Assembly: GCA_021432655.1 (NCBI GenBank) | Contig: MU271327.1 | Span: forward strand, 32,866-91,535 | Reading direction: 5' to 3' | DNA from: Atractiella rhizophila | Lineage: Eukaryota | DNA length: 58,670 nucleotides | In this document: positions 47,312 to 58,670 of the stretch, in pieces | Layout: every line of letters begins with the position of its first letter | Numbering within the stretch: position 1 is the first letter of the stretch | Translations under genes and position numbers: made by a program | The notes under the pieces: model-generated | Databases searched by the model: none | Told to the model about the DNA's origin: nothing | Seen by the model: the letters and a program-made list of their open reading frames with translations, nothing else

Positions 47312-50300
47312 TCAGACAATTTGTGTATGTAGACGAGACTCGAGGTGTAACAATGCGGAACGAATATTGCTGTGAACGTATTCTGGGAAAGAATTAATAA
47401 CATGTCGGCGTAGTTGGAAGGGTTAGAATGAAGAGAAGTCTTACCTTCTCCTACTTTCTCAATTAAACCAGCTTTTGACATCATAAGGCGAGCTCTAGGA
47501 GGTACATGCGTGAAATACACCACAGTTCCTTTGCGTTGATACGACTCGACGACTTCCAATACTATGTGAACAGCTTCAGCGTCGATTTGCTCTACGTCCG
47601 CCCTTCAGGTCTTTCAGATACTTATTCACCGCTGGAGGACAGAAGCTTGTTACCAGTGGAAAATGAGGATTTCAGCCTCTCTCCGACGCGGTTCGTCCGA
47701 GGGATGATGGGGAGAGTGGCCTGGGATGGAGTTAGACGAAAGAAGAGGGCAAGACTGATAGCGAACCATAAAGTTCTAGTCTTCTCAGCCGCTCTTTCAA
47801 GACACCGGCATTGGCGAAGGTCATGACTTCTCGAATACGGACCACTAGAAGTCCAGGAATCTCGTCCTCAAATTCGTAATCTTCGTCCACTGCAAGAGCA
47901 AAGCGTAAGGTGAGTTCATTCCAGGGGACTCACGTACCTGGTTCCCATTCATTATCCGTTCCTCCAACTCTTCCTAGAATCTTGATTCGCATTTGCGAGG
48001 ATGATTTAACGACAAGAATAAGCGAGAGGGCAGTGCCAATAATCATACCTTAGACGAAGGTTGGCAACAAATCCTGGTCTAAGAATGGTGGAAACTTACC
48101 CGCTTGAAGCGACCAGACCATGGTCAGGAAGAAAGTCAAGCAGCCTTCGTAATAACCTCAGGTTTAATGAGGGAAGCGAGAAGATGACACGTACAAAGAC
48201 CGAGTTCGCTCCAGGCACCCATTTTGAGGTAATATTTGATATCGTGCGGAACCTAAGAACGTCGTTGTTCATTGAAAAGAGGAAAATCGATCGCATCTTA
48301 ACTTACTTCAGCTAGGATGACGTAGACAACAAGAAGGATGATCGAGGAGAGAACGCATTTGGGCAAGAAGAAGAGGAACCGAAGGAGGAAAAAGGTCGCA
48401 AGGAGTATGATAGACCCTGAAGGTGCTACTGTAAGCGAAAGGTTATATGAGAAAAAAATTAAGACAAACCGGTGAAGATCCCATAAGCTTGCGTTCGCGC
48501 ACCAGTATTGCCAGCAAGCCTGCTCCGCGTTATGGAGCCTACGCGGCGTGAACAGAAGTCGAAGTGAAAGAGCAAGCAACAGACCGTAAGAAGGAATGCA
48601 ACCACTGTCAACCATTTTTCGTTTCATTATGCATGCACGATGTTGAAAGGCATACCTAACGAAAGATACAACTACGTTGGCTGCACCAATTGCTACCAGT
48701 TCACGATTCGGCCTAAACTCACAAGGTACAGTCATGATCAATCAATTCAGTTCATTCTGAAACAAAAGCAGAGGACGCACGAAATGGGATATTCATAGAT
48801 GGCAGAGTTCTGTTTGGCAGCGACGATTCCGTCCAAAAACCTGGACGGTAAACAGGCTTCAGCTTTCTCGCAGTGTGAAAGAGCACCCTTATTTACCCAA
48901 GCAAGCTCTTCCCACATCATCGACATCAGCTACTAACCAAGCTGTATTAGCAAATGCAGCTTACGATTGTCACCTGCGCAGCCGAATATTAGCACATACA
49001 TTTCTGAGGGGGAACGAAAGGCATACAGCAGCAGGAAGAGTAGTAGTAAAGTGCTCTCGAGCATACGTTGTATGGAGAGGAAAGTGAAGATGCACATCTC
49101 CCGTGCTGACAGCCCCGACGATAGCTCTGCCCCATCTGTCAATTTTCAACATCCTCAAGCGGCCAAAAGCACATACACTCCGTCTTGATCCCATCTAAAG
49201 GCAGCGTTCAAAGCTGTAGAAGACAAATATAGTAAAAATCATTAAGCGACCAAGATGACAAGAAATTAGTAAGGTGAACAACGCACCTGTACTCCCTACC
49301 ACAACAATCAAGATCTCCGGCAGCCAATTGGCCACTTTCCATAGTCCACCTTTCTTCACTAACTCCGTCTTGGAGATCCGAAGTCCCAGCAAAACAACGA
49401 CGCTGACGAGGCTAATCAATGCCGTCTCGCGCTGATACTTATCCAGATTTTCGAGCAAAAATGTTGCTTTCTGCAAGAAACTAGCTCCCTTGGGTAGCAC
49501 ATGTTCTTCCAACGCCGACAGTCCGAGCATGGGTATAAGCTGTTCTACGAAAATGACCACTCCTACTCCGGTGATGAATCCTCTGAGAAGTGCCTGCGAG
49601 AGAATGGCGTCCAAAAATCCAAGGCGGACCAGTCCTAAAGCGAGAGAGATGAATCCAGCCTGAAAGGTGAGCATCGTGCATATTGCGACCGCGATAGTTG
49701 CACGCTCCGACGGTGTGGAAGGTTGGTAATGCGAAAAAACGTCGTTTGTAGTTTGTGCTACGATGAGAGAGAGTGCGGCTTCGGGTCCTATAGAAAATTG
49801 ACGGCAGGTGCCGAGGAGGGCGTAGACGAGGGGAGCTATGGCAGCCGATAACAAGCCTTGGCGGATTTTAGTGAACAGGTTAATGAAAGGTAAGAGAGAA
49901 AGGCTCACCGTTTATAGGGTCCAACTGCGCTAGGTTGGTTGCATACGACATGGATTGAGGGATAAGCAGACAAGACAGCTGTAATCTAAATTAGCTTGAG
50001 CAGGAATGACAAATTCAAGCTCACAGTAAGGGCAGCAGAAAGGTCTCCAACGAGCCTAGCCAGGAGAGCGTTCAACTGACTTACCAAGGGCAAGACAGAG
50101 AAATACAAACAAGGTGAGGTTGTATTTAGGAAGCCACTGCAGCGATAATGCAGCATTTGTCAGCTAGAGAGGGAACGTAAAGTAAGAGCTCTCACATCAA
50201 ACACAGGCACGTAGTACTTCGCCCTCTGCCCAAAAGTCCTCCACTGCTGCTTTCGCTTCTCACGCCGTCTCACTCTTGAGGCAGTTGAAGTGCTCCGTCC

Positions 50301-50525
50301 GAGCCGAGCTGCAATACATCAACCGCCAAAGCGCATCGTAACTCCCCGTCCTACAAATGATTTGCAAGTAGAAGAGGACGCACACTTTGGTATTGCTAAT
50401 GTAGCCTCCTCATCCTGCTCTATGATGGTGTCAATGTTCGAACCCGTTTGCTCCTCCAGTTCTGAAGGTTCGCGAGAATCATCTGGAGAGGCTGGAAAAG
50501 GTAAAGCAATCGAAGCGGGTGCCAT
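47312..50525 (-). CDS. SulP/SLC26 anion (sulfate) transporter with STAS domain, many introns
   Basis: RAKYYVPV; LLIPQSMSYA; YALLGTCRQFSIGPEAALSL; RLGFLDAILSQALLRGFITGVG; PNRELVAIG; GSITRS; ends LHTQIV-stop. Confidence 0.9.
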
Positions 50526-50749
50526 ATTAGCTACTATAGCGCAAGTACGATACAAGCTGAAGGAGACCAGGCAAATCGTCCGAAATCGTGACTTGTTGTC
50601 CAAATCAAATTCAAATTTCTAACTCGCAGATGTGATCGAGAACATCCCTTTGGACGGTTTTGTCAGAGCTAGAATGATAACTTGCTGTAAGGAGTTGGCA
50701 GTCAGCAAAAGGATCCTTGTACGGTAGCAATCCCTCTCCATATCCCAAG

Positions 50750-52217
50750 ATGGAGCTGATCACTCGGTTGAAGCAGAAACTTGCCGTCTTGTTAAGAATG
50801 GCAGACGAGATAAGTAGCAACAGCCATCTCATACGATATCACGGGAGATGGCGTGTAATTCCTTCGACTTCTACTTCTGCTGCCTCTGTCAGCGCCGGAT
50901 GGTGCGGTTCCTCTTTCCATCTACGCACCACATCTCGTTCCCTCACAATCAACTTCGGCACGCCTACCCTCTCAAGGATAATGCATGAGTGGGGACATGG
51001 TTCAAAAGCGATAGTATGGAGGATGTGGGAAGGAGATGAAAAGAAGCCATGCTTGAGTGGGACGATTTCGATGTTCCGGATGCAGGATGAAGGGCTTGTG
51101 CAGATTTGGAGCGATCGAGATGAAGGCAAGGAGCGGACGCTGGAATGCGTTATTAGTGATTTTGGGATGCTCGTTTCGCTAGAGAGCATACTCGTTGACA
51201 AGGTTCAGTTTGGTTCCTCACTTTGTTGCTCGCTACACACTGAAATCATACGGCAGGGCTCTCTCCTCCCGCCGTCACTCCATCTTCCTTCTCATCGCTT
51301 CCTCTTCTACGGCAACTCTATCTGCACTGCCTTTCACCACGGCTCTCTGTACCGCGGATTTCCAAATGGAATCTACGAAGGATATCAATGGGTGCTGATG
51401 GATCTGCTCAATTCCAAACCGCCAGGACAGCGCGACTTCGTCTGCGAAACCGTCGCCTATCCTGGTATTACACTTACGCCTTCAGAGACATCATATATTC
51501 AGAGAGGCTACGAAGAAGGAGATGAAAAGCTAACGCCAGTAGAAATGGATATTGGCCACCGAATGTTTGAGCAGGTTCGCACCGTTTTAAATCTGTCAAA
51601 GATGGCTAATTGGCAAAAGGTGACTAGCTGCATTCAGGAGCTTTGACCACTTCCTGGGCATCTGTCAAAGAAGAGGAAGGGACGAAGGAACTGAACAACC
51701 TTTCTCGCGAGGGACCAACAACCGTTGTCCTATCTGTCGGTTGGTCACTTTATTTCTCAGTAATGAAGCTAAATAAGCGTGAAAAGGTACAAATGACCGT
51801 GCTAGACGAATTCCTTTACGTCCTGGGAAACACCCTTTGACAGGGATATACACTCGAGGCTTCCTCCCCTCTCTCGATAGCCTCGTTTCTCACGTCCTCT
51901 CCTCTTACCAGCCGACAATACGAAACCTCATCTTAATCCCTCCGTTCCCCTTCGTCCACCATCCAAGCTACAAGGCGGGCGTTTCACAAATTGAGGTGGA
52001 GGAGGAGAAAGATGGTTATGTGACCGCTTTGATGAAATGGAAAGAGGATTTTAGGATGAGAGAAGACGCGGAGGAGTGGGAACATCTGAAAATCGAGGTC
52101 ATGGAGCTTTCAATTGCGTTGAAGAGGGAAGATTGTTATGACGGCCTCCATCCTACGGAGCAGGGATATCGGAAGCTGGCGAGCGAGTTTAAGGAGAGAT
52201 TAGATAAGTTTCTCTAA
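50750..52217 (+). CDS. SGNH/GDSL hydrolase, CE2-like architecture
   Basis: IRYHGRW and WCGSSF in the N-terminal domain; FYGNSI (block I); AYPGI; DGLHPTEQGY (block V). The start may be the ATG at 50798. No signal peptide. Confidence 0.7.
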
Positions 52218-52489
52218 GTCAGGAGAGTAGCCAGATGATTTGTAATTGTTTGGTTGCTTTACAATTTGGAGTGGTTGCAGTTAACTTGCTTAAATGTATT
52301 GACATAAAAGTGTTTCCCGTGACTCCTCCATGTTTATCTCGCTCTCATGAATCACTGATCGCAATGTGGGCCGCCGATAGTTAGGCAGTTACGCCGGTTG
52401 TCTATGCTCACTCGTCTCAACAGACTCAGATGTGTCTGCCAGTGTCGTGATGGCACCGCGGCACACAACCACTTTGAACAACTACCAGC

Positions 52490-53691
52490 ACAAGCGATGT
52501 TATAACTTGACTGCTTAACGAACTAACGAACACATTGTACCGGCCATCATAAGATTTCATACCCGTCCACACAACAACATCAAACCTTCAACATTTTGGA
52601 CGCGATTTCGTGTAGGACGCTTCTCAATTACGGGTTCAAAGGAATGACCTGGGCATCAGGGTAGCAATTTGCAGTAACACGGTGGGGTTTCACTCAGGAT
52701 AGCTTGTGAGTCCGCTTTACTTTACCATCTTAATCATTGTTCTTACGTATCCCCTCCTAAGATGGCTCCTATGTATCTATCACATTCTGGAGGAACAGTG
52801 GCGCAGATGGTCTGCAAGGATATCATGTCCCTCGTCGCGATAGAGAGCATTAAACGTACCCCTAGGCCACAAATGCTTTCCATGCTTGATCAGGCAAAGG
52901 AAGATACCAAGAATGAGTAAGGAATCTCTCGTAAACTCATTCCAAACTAAACTCGGTTGCTGCCTTCCTCCCTAGCCTATCGTTCCACACAATATACAAT
53001 CGATTAGAGGTAGGAAGTAGACTGGACGAACTTGATAGACTATGGGTCGAGGATTCAAAACAAGCTGGCCAAACATCCGTTTACGGTATGGAAACGCGAG
53101 ATGGCAAACTAGATTTTTCCCGGAAGTCACTCAACTTATTGTTGACGAAATGAGCGAGTGCTTTCCTGAGGCTCGAGTCTTGTGTGGGATTATGGAAGGA
53201 CGGTAAGCTCATGCTGTTTATGTATATCCCTCGCCAGTCGAACAGGGACATCAACTTTGATAGTCGTAACATCGGGATTACTGTGAGCATGTCGAATCTG
53301 GCTCCGTAGATGGGCAGGTACGTCGCCTAAGCGGTGTTTGGCATAATATCAGTTGCCGACGTGGGTTTTCCATTTCATTTAACATGGCTATTTTGTGGAT
53401 GCAAGATTTGGCATGGCAGGTGTGCAAAGTTCTGTGACTGTTCTACTCTGAATTCTAAATGGTTTCATAGGCGGATTTCCCCACGAAGCGTCAGTATTAA
53501 ACACGAATGCTCACGCAACCAACAATCTACCCCAGATCCATCAAGCAAAAACCAAACCGCCCACGCTGGTACTATCTTCCGACTTCCATCTCCCGACTTC
53601 ATACATTGAACCGCTCAAGGACCTTAGACTTACTTCCACGATCGGACAAGCAGCTATCAATCAAGCGGCTCCCAAACCTTTAGGACCAATG
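52490..53691 (+). pseudogene. Diverged, inverted, disrupted copy of the unknown gene at about 29.5-31 kb
   Basis: 52893 GGCAAAGGAAGATACCAAGAATGAGTAAGG matches the reverse complement of about 30310-30339. Translation YNRLEVGSRLDELDRLWVEDSKQ...ETRDGK parallels copy 1, then shifts frame and stops. Confidence 0.75.
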
Positions 53692-54997
53692 CTATCGGCG
53701 CCAAGCCAAGAAACCTGTCTAGTACGAGACGGCGTTGATAGAAAGCAAAGTAGCAGTCGACAGGGTCAAAATGCTGCAAGTGTTGCTTCCAGCAAAAGGT
53801 CATATGTCCATATATTCACCTTCGAGGCTCTATTTAGGCCCTTCCGGTACAGGCACGATCCTATTAAGGCGAGTCCGAATCCTCCTGGTACCAAGTATGT
53901 GCTCTGCAGACTCGAGATGGGATTAACGCATATGTACATAGATACACCTGGAAAGCGACTGGCTTGGAGTGGTTCTTTCCCGCACCTCCCAAAGCAGCCT
54001 TTCTGCTTCAGGCAGGGTGTGATGCTCTGGTTTGCAGCTCTATTTACCACCAAGTCCCGTCATACCCTGTTCAGAGGCTTCTACGGAGGCAAAGCAGTGT
54101 ATCGAAGCCACAATCCATCCCGCAAACTACTGCCATTGTTTAACGCCTTCAAGTCTATCCCAGCCATCAGGATTGGTTCACGCTACCCCAATATTTGCCA
54201 ATAGATGGCTACAACTGCACCGCTTCTCGTCCAAAATCTTCAACCGGGATTTTGGCTTCGGACTGAGATATGTTCTGTATTGAGGTTGGGCCATAACGCC
54301 AAGGTGAATGTTCATGCCGTACTGCATCTCTTTCAAGATCTAATCTTTATTCTAGACCTCGGGACTGCTCCTGCTCTTGTTGACCGCAGAGTGTTGATCA
54401 AACTGTCAAACTCGAGCAACGCGGCGAAAACAGGAGGAGCACGCGAATGCCAAAGAGCCCGCAGAGAAGCACACGATAAAAGCCTTCTCACGTTCTGGCG
54501 CACAGGGTCTACTTCGGGTTTGACTTACACTTCTTCGCTGTAACGTTCGGGGTGTACTGCTTTGTAACAACCAACAGAGGCTAAAGCGGGCCTGAGGAGG
54601 TCAAAATGAAACGTCAGACTGCTAATCCTGCAAGCGGCACGATGAAATTTTTTTTGGCATCCCGTGAACTCAAACAAGCAGATGCAAGGAGGCAAGATTT
54701 CCTTCGGAGGTTGGATTGTGAGATCACAAGAGCAAAACACGACACCTGTTTGGGTGTTTACTACCAGAATATTTCTTTACAGCGCGTGTCTCTGGGCCGC
54801 ACCTCGTGCTACAGTCACTTGCCAAAGTTACCGCTTGGCTTTGAACGGATAAATAGACACAATCTCCGACAACGTCCACTCCCGATTCGGCGCTCCAAGG
54901 TTGACTTCCACTCAGACTTTTCTCGCTATTCAAGCAAACACCTTAGCAAAGGAAAGGAGGAACTGCTGGACGTATACCCTTGTAATCATTTGACGTG

Positions 54998-55614
54998 ATG
55001 GAGGACAAAAAGGAATCCCCAAGTGTGCGTTGCTTTCAGCCTTCACTGATCTGGCACCGTTTGAATGGGATCGTGTTGCCCCTTTCTTGCCATCTGACAC
55101 CTACTTGCTTATGATAGGCTATCATCAAATCAGCGGATATGGCGGAGGAGATGCAGCATGAGGCGATTGAGGTTGCTCGAGAAGCTGTAGACAAGTTTAC
55201 TGTCGAGAAAGATGTACGTTGCTTCTTCTTCTCTGGCGGTCGTTAGGTCGGCTAACCTTTCACTTTGCTTGCTTTTCGATGGAAATGTATAGATTGCGGC
55301 GTACATCAAGAAGGAATTCGATAGGAAATACAACCCAACATGGCATGTCGTTGTAGGCAAGAATTTTGGAAGTTATGTAACACACGGTGCGCTTTTCAAC
55401 TTTTTTTACCGCAGAATAGGGATGGGGAGAGGGGGTGACAACTTCGTCTGAGTCCAAAGCTCATCGTTGTCCGGTGCGCAGAAACGAAGCATTTCGTGTA
55501 CTTCTATCTTGGTAACATCGCCATTGTAAGCTCTGTCTCATGTCCTTCTTTCTCTTCTAGCTTGACGTGTCTTCTGCGTGCGTGTGGGTCCAGTTACTGT
55601 TCAAGTCGGGTTGA
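54998..55614 (+). CDS. DYN2: Dynein light chain LC8
   Basis: [22 protein letters not shown]...[55 protein letters not shown]-stop; four GT-AG introns. Confidence 0.97.
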
Positions 55615-55992
55615 GCCATCGCCATGATTTACATTCCTTCGTTCTTTATGAAACTACCATCAGGACATCAGGCCTAATTTTCTCTGCATACATCCCTGTA
55701 ACGTTTTACGTTAGTGCGCCTTTCCACGTCCTCATCAAGTTCTCATTGGTGCAACAAAAGTGAAATGTGAAATTACATAGAGCATTGGGAAACTGTACAG
55801 ACAGCGTTCCCTCCATGAACTCGTGGGAATGCTGCAGAAAGCATGTGTCGTTATGGACGGCCATGGCCGAGAATGGGCGAGGACAAATGCATTTGGAGTG
55901 CGTGATTGGCATGGACGGCGATGTAGGGATGGTTGAAAAAGGACAAGGAGATCTGGCAGCTATGTCAGGTGCCAGACAAACAGTCCGCGAAT

Positions 55993-58670
<2,678 letters not shown>

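Noticed and set aside
53700..54950. Possible decayed F-box-like gene on the minus strand, and plus-strand ORFs 53689-54998
   Set aside because: Only a vague resemblance in frames full of stops; no motif I can support.

Overview
Eukaryotic, intron-rich fungal genomic DNA, most likely a basidiomycete (inferred from DUF6533 and PriA/Cpl1-like genes, introns of about 45-100 nt and many GTNCGT donors). I can support about 22 protein genes. In order: S9 peptidase (partial), DUF2408/Cub1-like, PriA-like, Hsp20, M64 peptidase, zf-HIT, AA11 LPMO, Zim17, a head-to-head RPL37 / ubiquitin-S27a pair, class II aldolase, M3 oligopeptidase, two small Zn2Cys6 paralogs with a DUF6533 membrane protein between them, cap methyltransferase Abd1, an Stn1-like OB-fold gene head-to-head with Pif1, SulP transporter, SGNH esterase, dynein light chain LC8 and DEAH helicase Prp2/DHX16 (partial). 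There is one tRNA-Gly(UCC). RPL37, LC8, and the 5' parts of the zf-HIT gene and the first Zn-cluster gene are missing from the ORF track because of introns and were assembled by hand. Unusual points: a 2-nt microexon in FBA1; a probable GC-AG intron; an M3 peptidase with both a mitochondrial-type leader and a C-terminal SHL; a 26-bp x6 minisatellite inside a tRNA-like relic; three tandem duplications (one joined by A21, possibly an assembly artefact); a dispersed, decaying unknown gene family; and an Stn1-like ORF that runs into transposase-like sequence. No single clearly novel multi-gene system can be proven from sequence alone. Exon boundaries were read by eye.
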